This document shows, piece after piece, positions 39,024 through 53,639 of a stretch of DNA of 64,000 nucleotides; position 1 is the first letter of the stretch; every line of letters begins with the position of its first letter. The stretch is from Octopus vulgaris (Eukaryota). Below the pieces are notes generated by a model that saw nothing but the letters and a program-made list of their open reading frames with translations, was not told the origin of the DNA and did not search any database. A program made the translations under genes and the position numbers. The stretch lies in NCBI GenBank assembly GCA_951406725.2, contig OX597815.1, positions 39,308,001 through 39,372,000 on the forward strand, read 5' to 3'.

Positions 39024-39584
39024 TTGTAAAAATTGTAGGATGTCACTTACTGACATCACTATAGTTCGTTATCGATATGCAAGTCAAGAGATCCTCTGCA
39101 TTATCAGACAGTGTTTTCTGGGCGAAGAAAGATACAGTTTGATTAGCTCTATATGATATTTGATAGTTATGACTTGCGCTGAGGATGACATCAATTTGGA
39201 ACTGTACACAAACCACTAACACGTTACTTTGAAGAGTTAACGCTTTCAGAAAACAAATCACCACCATTCCACTACGATTAACAAATATGAAATGATAGCG
39301 CAGAGAAACAGATTATCAACTTTTGTACATACAATTCAACCACTCACCGACAACATAAAAACAAATTTGACGAATACAGTAAGAAAACTTGGAGCAAGGC
39401 AATCTTTGACAAAGCTGTAGCGTTCAATGGAAAGGCACCAAAATGCAACCGATAATGTGGAAGATTAGTAAAACACGTTCAATGATAATCAAATCTTTTT
39501 GAATAGTATAACTCGCGCATTTAACATTGATTTAAAACGAACGTAGTTTGAGAATAGCTCTATACAGTTCATGAACATCACCGT

Positions 39585-40003
39585 TTGATGATCCTCGGTG
39601 ATGATCCTCAATATAAAGGATGGGTCATCAGTGGAACGCTGACGGAGATTTTGACAGACTTCGACGCGGTGTTCTTGGAGATTTTGACAGACTTCGACGC
39701 GGTGTTCTTTCTGCTCAGTGGTCAGCAGATGGGGGCGAAACATGGCAGAGACACTCCGCATTTTCAATTCAGGAGTTAGGATTGACTGCACGGACCCATA
39801 CGACAGACCAACAACATCAGCAATGTCATTGATTGTCCTCCGACGATCCTCGTGCACAAGTTAATGAATTTTCTCCACATTTGCAGGGGTGACGCTCGTG
39901 GCAGGTCTTCCAGATCGCTCATCTTCCGCTTTTGAAGCAACCGTGTCACGCGAAACATTGTGTACGACCCATTCCCTAGTCGTCGTAAGCTTGCCGAAGT
40001 ATG
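39585..40003 (-). mobile_element. Mariner fragment with a 33-bp internal tandem duplication
   Basis: HEDRRRTINDIADVVGLSYGSVQSIL...LLTTEQKEHRVEVCQNL (EHRVEVCQNL duplicated) ...DPSFILRIIT. Confidence 0.8.
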
Positions 40004-40019
40004 CTCAGTATCTCTGTAG

Positions 40020-40320
40020 CACTATTCTATATTTTTGAGATGAGGAGTTATGTATATTATTTACAATGGACGGATAGGTGTCCTCACCTTGTTTGTTGTT
40101 ACTACAATATTTCGGCTGATGTACTCTCCAGCTTTCACTAGGTGTTCTGGTGGAATTTCGAACCCAACCCTTTATTTGTCTAATGGAGTGCTCTGTTCTC
40201 ATTCCCAAGGGATTCATTTTTTGCTGATGTTATAAACATCAGCAAAAAAGAATACCTTAGGAATGAGAACAGAGTACCTAACTAGTCAAATACAGGGTTG
40301 GGTTAGAAATTCCACCAGAA
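40020..40320. mobile_element. Diverged relative of the hammerhead element, folded back on itself
   Basis: Shares GAGATGAGGA, GACGGATA, TCCTCA and TTCTCATTCC blocks; 40145-40320 is an inverted repeat centred on GCTGATGTTATAAACATCAGC. Confidence 0.7.
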
Positions 40321-43300
40321 TAGATGTAATCGACTTACCCCCATCACCGAAACTACTGGCCTTGTGCCAAAATTTGAAATCAATATCAAAACTGTGTCAA
40401 GGCGGCGAGGCGAACTGGCAGAAGCGTTAGCACACCAGGCAACAGGCTTAGTGGCGTTTCGTCAGTTTTCACGCTTTGTGTTCAAATTCCGCTGAGGTCG
40501 GCTTTACCTTTCATCCTTTCGGAGCCGATAAAATAAGTACAAGTTGAGTACTTGGGTCGATGTAATCGACTTACCATCTCCCCTGAAATTATTGAACTTG
40601 TTCCAAACTTTGAAATCAATATTAAAACCGAGGTAGAGTCAATTAATGATGTTTTTATCTTTCAAATTTGTAACTATTTAAACATACAAAATTGTTTCGT
40701 TTTTGTTTGTATGTTTAAGATTACATTATACATTATAACCCGATAAAATTTGATAAAAAATAATCTTGGGAAACAATGTTGGTAAAACGCATTTTGTAGA
40801 GAAACAAATCCAGGAATTAACCAAACAAAACCAGGAATTAACCAAAACTACACACACACAAACACAAACACATATGCACACTCACTAACACACAAACACA
40901 TTCACACACACATACATACCAAAAAAAAATTACTACTTCTCTGACATAATCTTAATATCTAAACTGGAAATGTTTATCAAAAAAGTTTCCAAGGAAATTA
41001 TAGGGAACTAAAGTTGGTGGGAGGCGGGGCACATTCTTGTATAAGTACATTTTGTATCTAAGATGCTTTTCCTTTTTTAAGATGTATGGATATGATTTGA
41101 GAGAAACTTGGCTGTTGTTTCTAGCTACATGAGTGACTATATAGAAGTTACATAAATCACTCATTATACCATACCCAATGCAGTATGGATTTTATTCTTA
41201 TCTTATATTATTTACTGCTAATATTCTTCAAAACGGCATGGGTATCGATCTCTGGCTGGAATTATCGAAAAGCTTTTTGTGAAAGATTATCTTCAGAAAG
41301 CCATAGCGTCAAATTTGAACTATCATCGTAAAGAAACGAAACTGGTTAAGGCGTTGTAGCCGTTTTTGCCAATACACAGTTAGTTTCTCTTCTAGAAGTT
41401 TTGCGTAACATTTTAATCACAGATTGGATCTGAGCCCCTTTAAGTAATTTTTCTTATGAATCAGTGTAAAGAACACACACTTTAAATTTGTTTAACATAA
41501 GCAATTCTTTCACTGCTCATGTGTCTCGAATAAAACATTCTTATCATATGGTTCTACATTTCAGTACAACTGCACCCGAAGAGGCTTGCAAATATACATA
41601 CATACATTTATATATGTGTGTATGTCTGGCCGTTTGCGAATAATTATAACAAGCTGCTTGGACACAACTTTCTGATATTGGTTTCTGATTTAAGTACAAC
41701 ACCAGCAATTTCGAAGGAGGGGAATCTCGATTACATCAACTCCAGTACTTGGCTGCTCTTTATTTTAACGACCCGGAGGGATAAAAAGGCATATTTGACA
41801 TTGACTGGATTTGAACTCAGAACGTTTAAAAAAATAAAAAATAATAATCAAAACTGAAATCTATACCGCAAGATTTTCTCTCACCCTCTGCTCCCACAAT
41901 TCTATCACTCTCCTTACCCCTGCGTTATATTCGTATAGTAATGGTTTTGCGTCAATAGGTTTAATCAACTCCCACTCTCTCGTAAATATGTAAATATTAA
42001 ACGAACGTTGACATTGTCTATTAACACGTCTCACAAATATTATCCTCTTTTTTTTCCAGTCGTATGATAGTGTTTTTGATGTTTTTATTTGCTGTGGACT
42101 TCTGTTATTTGTTCAAATCTTGCAGGAAATTAAAACTAATTTAGGAATTATTGTTATAAATGTCTTGGGCATTTCTTCCAGCTCATTTAATTCTGCATTC
42201 AATTCTCGCAAAGATCAGCTTGGCTTTCCAGTCTTCCGTGATCGATAAAATGAGCACCTGGCAAGTTCTAGAGTCGATGTAATCGACTACTTCTCCCCAA
42301 AGCTACTGGTCTTTTACCTATATTAACAGCTACTGGCAGAATCGTCTGAAGCTGGCAGAATTGTCTGATTGTCGACAAAATGCTTTACGGTATCTGAGCA
42401 TATATTTTTACGTTCTGAGTTCAAATCGCGCAGAAGTCAATTTCGCCTTTTATCCCAAGACTCGATACAGTACAACACAGTACAGTACAGTTAATAGAAT
42501 CGACTAACTGTACCCGTAAGATTGTTGACTTAGTCCTAAAATCAGAAGCCATTGTTATAATTATTAGGATTACGTCACAATACTGTTGTCGGGCAGTATG
42601 GAGGTGCAAGTAATCCGAGGCGATGATAAGGCAAAGATAAATCCGGAGAATTTGTTGGACTTGCAGTTTGGTACCGGCAAAAGCAAATCAATTCCATCGA
42701 ACAACATAATAAGTCGATGAAGCGATTCACCGATTGAAAGGCTTGGGGTCTGGTTTGCTCCAGACCTCTAGATGGACAGAAACAAGGACGAAATTACGAG
42801 CAGATGGATTGCCCCATCAACAGTTTTTAACAAGACATGGTAGGCAGTGTTCCTGTATCTGGTGGCTAGGCGAAAGAGGTTCTAAAACGGACGTGGCTGA
42901 AACAATTGAAGACAGACATTGTCCTCATTTTCTTCGACTTTTTAAGGTTCCACTTTGAAAGGAAGACGTGAGTGGAGAGGAAGTGTTCTCACCCAGCAAA
43001 GTTGTCAAAAAATGAGTGAGTGTACATAAATAGTTAGGTTGAGTGGATCTAGTCTAAACATGGGCCTTTTGATCGGGGACCAACTGATGAGTGAGGGCTG
43101 ATGCACTTAGTGGTCAAGATGATACTGGTTCTGTAAGGTTCCTTGATTGATCTCAGTCGGAGGTTACCCTGTATGAGGAGGATTGCATCATTCACGAATT
43201 CTCGTACTTTGTACACTATGTATACTTTTTAATTCACTTTCCCTTTCTCACACTGTCTTCCCTTCATCTTTTTATGTAAGCCACACACAAACTGTAAAGT

Positions 43301-43519
43301 CGTTCTCATCTTGTGTCTCAGTAGCATCTAAAAGATATTACTATTATTATTAGCGCCGAGCGAAATGCTTAGCGGTATTTCGTCCGAATTTTACGTTCTG
43401 AGTTCAAATTCCGCCGATATCGATTTTGCCTTTCATCCCTCCGGGGTCGATAACATAAATACCAGTTGAACACTAGGATCCTCCCTCAAAATTGCTACAC
43501 TTGCGGCAAAATTTGAAAC

Positions 43520-43576
<57 letters not shown>

Positions 43577-43596
43577 CATCATCATCATCATCATCA

Positions 43597-43641
<45 letters not shown>

Positions 43642-43944
43642 GTATCAAGGCAGCGAGCTGGCAGAATCGTTAGCACGCTGGGTGAAAGGCTTAGCGGTAT
43701 TTCCTCCGTCTTTACGTTCTGAGTTCAAATTCCGCCGTGGTCAACTTTTCTTTCCATCTTTTTGAGGTTAATAAACACTGGGGTCGCTATAATCAATTAG
43801 TCCCCCCCACACACACACACAAATTTCAGGCCTTGTGACTATAGTAGAAAGGATCATTATTATTTTGTTTTACTTCTCAGAACATTCAGTCTTGTTTGTT
43901 CTGGTAGATTCTGTGAGAGCGGACAGCAACCGGCCGTCAGAGGT

Positions 43945-44335
43945 TCCACAGGGTCTCTTTCTGCACATTATAAGCTTTGATACTTGGTTGTTAATCATCG
44001 TGGTAGGCATTCAACATCCAAGTACCAATCTCAAAATCCTAGCTGTCCACAGTAGAGCAGGTTTTTGGGCTTGCACTGCTCTCATGTCAATTCCGATTTC
44101 TTTGACATATTTCTCGAACTTGGTTGTTAGTTATTCCGAGTGCTCCTACAACTAACTGGAATGATAGACACTATCCTCATAGTCCACATTCTTGCAGTTT
44201 CATCTTTTAGTAGTCTGTACTTTTCAATATGTTCTAGTTCTTTGTCACTTATGCGTGCATCTCCAGGTATTGCAATATCTATTATCTTGGTTTCTTTTTT
44301 TTCTTTTATCTACCACAACAATATCAGGTCTTATT
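43945..44335 (-). mobile_element. Dong/R4 retrotransposon 3' fragment
   Basis: PDIVVVDKR..KIIDIAIPGDARISDKELEHIEKY..MWTM restriction-like endonuclease motifs. Confidence 0.8.
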
Positions 44336-44419
44336 ATTGTTATTATTATTTGATGAAAACCCTCAGTTTATTTTCCTGAGTATGATGGAAAATGTCAGCT
44401 ATCCACAGCTAGCATACTG

Positions 44420-47400
44420 AGGCGATACCTGTTTATTGGTCGTGCTTCAAGAACCAAGCGAAGAATTCTTGCAGTTCCAAGCAATGTTAATTTTTTGTAG
44501 GTGTTTTATCTTTACATTTGTACCAATCTTTTTGAGCCACGTTGGTAGTTGAGTGCTGATACTTTCAAGTGCGTCAATTACAATTGGTATCACATCTACT
44601 CTCCTCATTGACCACAACCTTCGTATTTCCCTCTTCAAATCGTCGTAGTTGTTCAGCTTTTCTTTTTCTTTTTCTTTGATTCTGTTGTCACCGGAACATG
44701 CAATGTCGATTATTATGCAAGTTCTTTCTTTTTTATTCACCACAACAATGTCCAGTTTCCGATGACTCTTCAGGTGATCGCACAGAATCATTGCATCCCA
44801 CAGGATTTTGCAATTCTCATTTTAGGTGACTCCTTCTGGGGTTTATTTATACCACGTCTTTGCTCTTTGTAAGCCGTGATTTCCACAAAGTTCCCAACGG
44901 ATTATTCTTGCCACATTGTCATGTTGTCTTTTGGCGTTGTGTCAATTTTGCGCATTTGCTAACGATGTGCTATACTGTTTCACCCCTCTCACCACACATT
45001 CTGCATTTGTCGTTGTCGGTAGTGTTGTCAATTCTACACTTCACATAATCCTTAACGCTTGTTCTTGTGCTGCGCATGTAAGTGCTTCTATCTTCAGGCC
45101 ACTTTTCATCTATAACCATCGGTTTTCTGTATCTGTCTTGGCGTTCGTATCTCTTGCAAACTGACCATACATTTTTTCTCCTTCCATGCTGTTTCTTTTT
45201 TTGCGTTCTTTTCCTCTTTAAATTTTTCTTTCTTTACACAATTATCAATTTTGATGACTCCGAACTTCTTCACATGTTTCAACAATGGTTCCATGGCATT
45301 TTTTAAATACCATCATAAGTTGTTTTCCTTTGCTTCGATACAATCCTGGCAACTGATCAAACCTCTCCCACCCTTTCTTCTGGACAAGTACAGCCTATCG
45401 GTATCACTTTTAGAAAGTAATGTTCCGTGCACTATCAATATTTTGTGTCTATGTTCAGTCCTTTCTTTTGCCAGTTTGTGTTTCCAGCTCCATGCGGAAG
45501 TGATGCAATCGCCCGTGTATTAATTACTTGGATTTTATTCCATCCGGTCAATTTTGAGTGCAACACCAATCTTAGTCTTCGGAAATATTTCATCCTCAGT
45601 CGTTGTTTCATTTCCTTCTCCCTGATTTCGTTGAACTCTAGTATGCCAAGGTATTTGTAGCCTTCCTTTTCAATTCGTTTAATCATTTCTCTATTAGGTA
45701 AGTATATCTTACCTAATAGTAAGAGTATAACGTACTCTTTTCTGGTACATTATACCACAGTTCTTGAGTCCGAATTCCATTCTATAATTACCACTAAGGC
45801 AGTGGGCCGTGTTCACCAAGGAACTTACTTGTGCCTCAACCTTGCCATACAGCTTCAAATCATTCATGAAGGCTGATTGTTTGAGATTTTCTCTTTAGCT
45901 GATTTCCCAGGTTAATTTTCCTAAGTAGCTAGGTCAGAAAGATCATGCACAGAACAAAAAGTAAGGGGGATAAGCTATCGCCTTGGAAAATTCCTCTTTT
46001 GATGCCCAGGGTGACTAAGTTTTGTCCGTAGGACGTAAATTCAGTTTTCCATCTCACCATACTTCCATTCAGAAAACATGTTACATTCCTCGCAATTCCA
46101 AACAAACTCGTTGATCCACGAATGTGGAATCATATCATAAACTTTGCGATAGTTAATCCAGCCCATTCCCAAATTTGTCCTCCTTTGTTTGTAATCTTGT
46201 ATTACCATTTTGTCTATCAGTAACTGATCTTTGATACCTCTCCATCACTTTCTACAACCTTTTTGTTCCGTCGGTAATATATCGTTCTCACCAAGAAATT
46301 TATACAATTCTTCTGCAATTCCTACTGACAGTAACTTCCAGATTAATGTGAGGCAAGAAATTGTAAGTGTCGGCAGCATTTCCTTTTGATGCATCCTTCA
46401 GACACATTGTTCATCCTGTTGTCAATCAACCCGGGATTTCTTCTGCTCTATCAATCATTGCATTAAATTGCTCTGCGATCAATTTATGGCATCTACTGAA
46501 CTTTTTTACCCCAAATCCCTGTACACCACCAGGTCCTGCTGCTTTCCAACATTCCAATAGCTCATCTTTTCACTTCTATTTCTCATATTGTCTTCCGTGA
46601 AATGGATAGCCTCTTGTTGGGGATAAGAAGCTGTTTGCTTCAGGTTGCAGAGCCTTTCGGCTTCAGTATTATGTTGTTCTTGCGTACTCCATATCTTACC
46701 CCCAAACTGTCGATTTTATGAGCATCAGGAGTTACTCCTTCAATTTCTATATCCTCATTGATTTATTGATAAAAATCTTTTTTGGTCGATTCTAAACAAT
46801 TGGTCTTGCCGATATTGCTTAATCCGTTGTACAAACCTAGTTAGCTTTGATTTTTTGGCAAGTATGTGCTGCTTCTGTTTTTCATTTACAACATTCAGGC
46901 CTTTTGTATCTACATCATACTTCTTCAATTTTTCAAATTTGCGATCATTCTTCAAATCTCCTTTTCTTTTCCTGACAAGTATTGACACTACACTGTTCAG
47001 GGAGTTTATATCTTCTGAAATTTTCATTTTCCTCTCCTATCCGCCAATGTTCTGTTGCCAGTAGTTCTCAATGCCATCCTTTCCGCCACTTGTAGCCTTA
47101 ATGAGTTTATTTGTGTGTGTGATGTTCTTTGTTTAAATGTGTTTCAATACATTATTGACTTCGCTTACCTTTTGATTTAATCTCCATTGGTTAGCCTTCT
47201 TAAAGTTGTACATAAATTCTGCCTCTTCTGTATTTAACACATCAAAAATCCTGTTTATTATTATTTGGTCTCCATTGTTTAAATAGTCACTGATCTCGAT
47301 TCTTTCACGATTCACGGTAGTACATGCTTGCGAACAATTATCCGTCTCTTCCACTATACCATTTTAGTTTCTCGTATGCCCAGCATCACCTGACATCCTT

Positions 47401-47490
47401 ATTTTAATAGCTTGTAACTCCAATTCTGTCAGCCATCCATTCTTCCGTATTGCACTTGTTTGGTTACATAATCTCTGTTCAGTAATTTTA
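44420..47490 (-). mobile_element. Dong/R4 retrotransposon, long decayed copy
   Basis: KQYRQDQLFRIDQKRF, GIFQGDSLSPLLF, YKYLGILE, GGRGLI, CRMCGERGETV, LDIVVVNKKERTCIIIDIAC; many stops and frameshifts. Confidence 0.9.
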
Positions 47491-47496
47491 AACTGC

Positions 47497-47951
47497 TGCA
47501 GCAAATATTCTGCTCAATATCACAGATTTGCTTGTCATTTGTTTGACCATAACCAGTTGAGCACGTCCCTTAGTGGCTGACGATATGCTGTATCTCTGAT
47601 CACGAGCAGAAGTAGTGGGTGGGGGGCATCATAGCCATATGTTGAAAGGAATTATTTGGGGTTTGGATAGTTCATCTTTGGAAACATAGGTGTTTCGTTC
47701 AACATCTTTAAACAACCCTTATTCAGAGCCCTGTTGAGCGGGATGGGCTACTCGACCTGAAGAAAATTCTAACTGGGCCCTACCTGCTAGGTCATGTGCT
47801 GTTTATCTTGATATGAGATCATGTCACGCACATATGGTTGTGATGCATGTGCCTGGTGTACACTTATCAAACGGGTAGTCATGATAGGTATACTGGACTT
47901 CGTATATTTTACCCCAGCATCACTTTAATGGCATGCACCGCTCTCTCTCAC

Positions 47952-47953
<2 letters not shown>
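47497..47953. repeat. Interspersed repeat family F, AAT-associated
   Basis: High identity to 63599-64000; both copies abut (AAT)n tracts next to Dong/R4 sequence. Confidence 0.8.
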
Positions 47954-48019
<66 letters not shown>

Positions 48020-48189
48020 TCCTATTACAGGCACAATGCCGGAAATTTAGGGGATGGGGGTGGTCGATTACATCGATTCCTGTACTTAGCTGGTACTTAA
48101 TTTATCGACTCCGAAAGGATGAAAAGGAAAGTCGACCTCGGCGGAATTTGAACTCAGAACATAAAGGTGGATGAAATGTCGCTAAGGGA

Positions 48190-48522
48190 ACACCAGCATC
48201 CCTCTCAACTATTAACCGGAGAGGATTTTTAAAATGAGAATATCGGAAATAAACTCGACTGCTCTCATAAACAAAAATACTAAAAATGAACCCGACCACT
48301 CTCAAAAATTAAGTAAAAAAAAATCGGAAAATAATCCCGAATCCTTGTCTGGTACCGGATCGATCCCCAAATCTAATCAGTGCGTGCCAGTTATGAGGCC
48401 AAACATTCCTGAAAGTTTCATCCGAAACCATCCAGCGGTTTTTGAGATATCTTGTCCACAGACAAACAAACAAACGAACTTGACTAAAAACAGTACCTCC
48501 GCCTTAGCGAAGGTGGAGCTAA
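48190..48522 (+). mobile_element. Helentron-type non-autonomous element (HINE/DINE-like)
   Basis: AAGTTTCAT...GAGATAT...(CAAA)n...AAAAACAGTA followed by terminal hairpin CTCCGCCTT-AGCG-AAGGTGGAG. Confidence 0.6.
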
Positions 48523-48544
48523 TAATAATAATAACAATAATAAT

Positions 48545-48947
48545 AATCCTTTATACTATAGGCCTGAAATTTTGGGGGAGGGGTTTAAGTCGATAACATT
48601 GACCCCAGTGCATAACTGGTACTTATTTTATCGACTTCGAAAGGACAAAAGGCAAAGTCGACCCCGGCGGAATTTGAACTCGGAACTTAACTCAGAACAC
48701 GAAAACAGACGAAATACCCATTTCTTTATTACCCACAAGGGGCTAAACACAAGGGGACAAACAAGGACAAAGCGATTAAGTCGATTACCTCGACCCCAGT
48801 GCATGACTGGTACTTATTTAATCGACCCCGAAAAGATGAATGGCAAAGTCGACCTCGGCGGAATTTCAACTCAGAACGCAACGGCAGACGAAATACCGGT
48901 AAGCATTTCGCCCGGCATGGTAACGTTTCTGCCAGCTCACCGCCTTC
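48545..48947 (-). mobile_element. SINE A dimer
   Basis: Two units joined at GACGAAATACC|CATTTCTTTATTACCCACAAGG (~48718). Confidence 0.85.
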
Positions 48948-48968
48948 ATAATAATAATAATAATAATG

Positions 48969-49001
<33 letters not shown>

Positions 49002-49851
49002 GTGTTACTGTTGATGTTATATAAACCACATTTCTCGTGTTTCTTCTAAATTAAATAATACACGCGTTTTATCTAACAACATCCCCATGATTTATTCAAC
49101 TGTTAAATTATGTATGTATACATTTTTACATGGATGTTGACCTTAGCGTTAAAATACACAGTGTTATCAAACATTCGAAATTTCTGGCTTTCTATTGGAA
49201 GTACTATCTTCGCCAAAATGTTTCTGATCATATTTCATGAGATATGTAGAATAAAAACAGGTATCATAAATACCAGATTTATTATATATATAACATTGCA
49301 AAACTGTCCGCTAGTTCTCTGATCAGTTACCAGGTCGGGGCTTTCCTAGTTCTATACTCACTACTCCTGGCAGCAAACATACTTCATTTTCACTCATCGA
49401 AAATAGTCAGGTGTATTACAGAGTATCGGGAGAGTCATTAGAGCGTCGAAGAGAATGCTCTGCGATATCTGTTCCGATTCTTCATGCTCTGAGATCAAAT
49501 CTCGCTAAGACCAACTTTACCTTTCCTCCTTTTGGAGGTTGGTAAAAAGAAAGTACCAATCAAAGGTAGTGAATTGGCCGAAATATAAGAACGTCGACCC
49601 AGAAACCACGAAGTATTTTTTTCTGGCTCTTAACGTCTTAATTTCAAAATCTCCCCATGCCTTACTCGGATGGTAGACCAAATTCGTCGCCCGGTTTTTC
49701 ACCATCACTTGACACTTTTGCGCCTTTAATGGGTTTTCCTTTTTGCATGCATTTAGGTAACGTCTCAGATACGAGAATACTTCCCCCTCGTCTTCAGATG
49801 GTCTTGGAGGCCCTGTAAATAGTCATGAGCACTACTGACTAAAAAAGTAAA

Positions 49852-50006
49852 AATGTTATTTTGTATAGTTCCATATTTAAGAGAAGAGGAATTAGGTACA
49901 TTATTTACATTATTTACATTTGACGGATATTTGTGGTGTTAAGAACAAAAAAGATGAGGACAAATATCCGTCAAATGTAAATATTGTAAATAATGTTATT
50001 TTGTAT
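49852..50006. mobile_element. Minimal inverted-arm remnant of the hammerhead element
   Basis: ACATTTGACGGATATTTG / CAAATATCCGTCAAATGT arms; flanking repeat AATGTTATTTTGTAT at 49852-49866 and 49992-50006; ribozyme core absent. Confidence 0.75.
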
Positions 50007-53000
50007 GTTTCGCCTTATCCTTCAACTGAGCCCAGATTTCAAAATCCCCGAATAGTTCATTCCCTCGGTGTTGTGTTGCAACAGTTCATATGAATAACAT
50101 CCCTTACAACAACCACCAGAAGTAATTTAACATCAACGATTAGAAGGCTTCCATTCTCTCCAGGGGCGCCTGGGAAACGACCGAATAGAATTTTTTTCTA
50201 TTAATCATTAATCTAAACTAACGTGGTAGATAGTCTTGATGGTGTTTTTTACCATTATTCTTGAATAGTGCACTTCAGAACTTCCTTCTATGTAACCAAA
50301 CTCATTAATCATTATTTTACAGTAGGGACATACTTTAATCTAAGGAAGCATTCCGAAGGGCTGCACTTCTGAAAGGTAACGGAAACGTTTGTGATCAATC
50401 ACCTTCGCCACATTGAATCTGTTTCCATTTTTAGCGAGCACCAAAGTAGTTCATGTAGAGCTAGATCTACGTGAGATTTTTTCTCTATGAGCCAATAGAG
50501 GAGCTTCTACGTGGTCATTCGGTCTGCTAGAAACACTAACTGATTGTTTTTCATATTAACATTACCGTCTTACAACGGGAAGGATACATTGGCTAATGCA
50601 ATCCTAGATAAAATACATTAAAAGAATAAAGTGAGTTGGTAATAAAGTGCTTTTGAAAATCAGTTTACCCAATCAGATCTGAAGTGAGGCTAAACTACAA
50701 ATTTCTCTCCTGTGTAACGTAGCATTGGTCTATTTGAGTGTTAACCCACCTTAGAGTTTCAAACTGTCACTGATGAAAACAAGGTGGGTTGGTGATTTTT
50801 CAATGGTCCGTTTGGCATTAATATTATAGAAAATTTAAACAGGACGACGTACTCTCCTTTTTCATACAGAATATTGTAAGGCTGCATCATTTCATACTTG
50901 ACACACGCCAGTAATCCCATAGCCTATATTTTTATCAACTTCACTGAAAATTTTGTGAGAGACTCACATTTTCGATTATAAATCGCATCTTTTTTTCTTG
51001 TAGATTGTTGTCTTTGTATCAATTTCTTTTCCTATTTCTTCACCGGTGCTGACTAAAATATCAGTGGTATACACATCGTGTACTTCAAATTCACATTTCT
51101 CGTGAGCTTTCCTTTGGGCATCTGTAGGGTACAAAATGATGGCCTACTTACCATCAATCACATGCTTATTCAACTGATAAGATAATAACCATTCAACGGG
51201 CTGACACTTGAAAGGTTTAGCTATTTTCTGGTTCGCATCTGTAACAGTATAATTACTATTTCCAGATTTTACAAGGTGGAGAACAGCTTCACTGGCCAAC
51301 TGAGTGGCAAGACAAACGTTTACTATTCAGCCCTTCATTTTATTTTCAACAGAAGATCCTATAACCAACGTATGTGCAATCACTGCAATGAAAGCATCAA
51401 TGTGGGCATTAAGTCGATTTTAACACTATCCTTTAATAAAATTCTAGGTTCGCTTTCCAAGGGAGAGAAATGACACTCACAGTTGATGTCGAATATACAA
51501 GTAGGAAATCCCAAACCCTTTTCTTTTTTTTTAATTTTTTAAAAATCTTCCTTGAATACTTCAGATGATTCTTCAGTCAATAATTCATCTTTAAATTTGC
51601 AAATTTGGATGGCAGATTTACAAGTTTTACATTTTCTAATGACAAGTCTTAAGATCCCTTTGACCATGTCTCCAACCATTTTATATTTGGTGATGGCTAA
51701 ATCCCAGGCAGGGGAATTTTTAGTGTCTTTCTTTCATAAGGTTATGACCCCAAAAGCTAGATGTTCTTCTATTCCTTTCATTTGACGTATTTATTTCCCG
51801 TTTACATATTCTTAACTTTTCTTTCGGCTAGAGCTTTTAATGACCTATTTGCCGCACATATCACAATTCCACATGAAGTCTACATAATACTGTACTATAA
51901 TGCAGCAATAGGTAGCCTTCGATCCATGGGTCCTTCCTGGCGAAAAATTACCTTTAATTCCTTCTTTAGTAGTATGGCTGGCCTGATGATGAGCCATGTC
52001 TCGTGCGAGCCTCCTGATGATGAAACATATCACGTGCAGCATGCTTCTCGAAAAAGTTTACCTATTCCTGTTATAATATTATGAATTTCTTGAATGCTGT
52101 AACGCTTTGGAAACTGAGGAAAATCAAGGAAGATTAACAGAGAACCTGAGTGACCCATCACAGATTCCATTATAATATATAGGCATCATAGTTCAAAATA
52201 ATTTTCAGTATCAGCATTTTCCGAATTGCCTATCACAAAATGGTAAAACGTTGTGTTGCTTAGGTCTCGGCCAACGCAGGCAGAACAGGCATATGATTAA
52301 AGGCATTCTCAAGAATGCTTAGGACGAAATGATCTAGCGAGTCATACTTTTAGTACTGTAGGCTGTGATTTGGAGGAGATTCGGCAGCTATCAATGGCCG
52401 GTTGCGCGACCACGTAGCGACCGTTGGTTTGTGAAAAACTGTGTTAGAATCAAAACTGGATTCGGCACTTAAAGTGAAAAGCCCTGGTATAAGACATCCG
52501 AAGACATATATCGCGAGAACGAGAAAAGAAGTAAAATAGTTTAGAAACCTCAAACTAAAGTCGTGTTAATGTTTCGTAATTTCTTACATGTTTTAGGGTA
52601 GGTGGCATTTAGTATTTTCTCTCAGAAGCGTCAGGGGCTTTGTACAGTGTATCCAAAAACCTATGAATTAACATTGAGAAAAATACTGAGAACGAAGTAA
52701 AGTGCCACAACTGACTCTGTCTTCCGTAGGACTATATCTTCCAAACGTTACATTCACAGCCATTTCTCTCTAGAAAAAAAGTATTCACAAAACTAGAAGC
52801 GATGCTATGTCTAGACAAGAAGTTATCGATAACCAAAAGAAGAAATAGATAAGTACGAATGGGGAATAGAAGTGTTAAAATCAAGTTGTTTTTCTTTACT
52901 TTTTTCTTTCGATTTTATTTTATTCTTGAAAACCTATGACCATATTACGCTTCAATGCTTACTTTGCTATCGCTTAGCTGCTTGAGATTAGCAACATCCC

Positions 53001-53639
53001 AAGGGAGGAGATGGATACAATATGGTTAGAAAAACATCTCAATTTTCAATATTACCCTACGCCCTATAATTCTATTTACACACACCAACCCTATTTTGAT
53101 TACTCAAATAGGTCTGGTAGAGAAATAGTAAAACGCATGGCTGTAGCAGTTGTAGGTACTCCTGTTGCTGGTATTAAAATTGCTCTATTTGAATTATTTC
53201 TTTAAAAGACATGATGTTTTGGACAGCTTGTAGGACACGTGTTTCCGTGTCGTTACGCTTCATCAGCTACAGACACTGAATTTGTCGTTCATAACCCAAT
53301 AATCAGCACACACGCGCTTATGCGCACGTACACACGCACATGCGCACGCACACACACACATGAATAGGGAACAGCTTCTGAACGTACGAGTTTAATTCTT
53401 TTTTATAAAGACTTTTTCGTCGCATTAGACCACTAAGTTTAGTTTTGAAAAATAGTGTTCTTATATTCATTACTTGACATTTTAAAACTTTTTCCATCAT
53501 TATCAAAATAATACAATGACAGCAATAACAATCCATATGTTGTTCGTACACTTTGCAGTAGATCGAAAGGGAACATGTGACTGCCGTTATAACCGATATA
53601 ATCATCAGCGCAGGATTTAAAAATCATACAATGACTTAT

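Noticed and set aside
42570-43200. Possible L1/Tx1 remnant (LGVWFAPDL)
   Set aside because: Only one short motif; too decayed to support.
50200-52100. Possible ancient DNA transposase or host exons
   Set aside because: No diagnostic motif, TIR or consistent splice pattern could be read by eye; needs TBLASTX.
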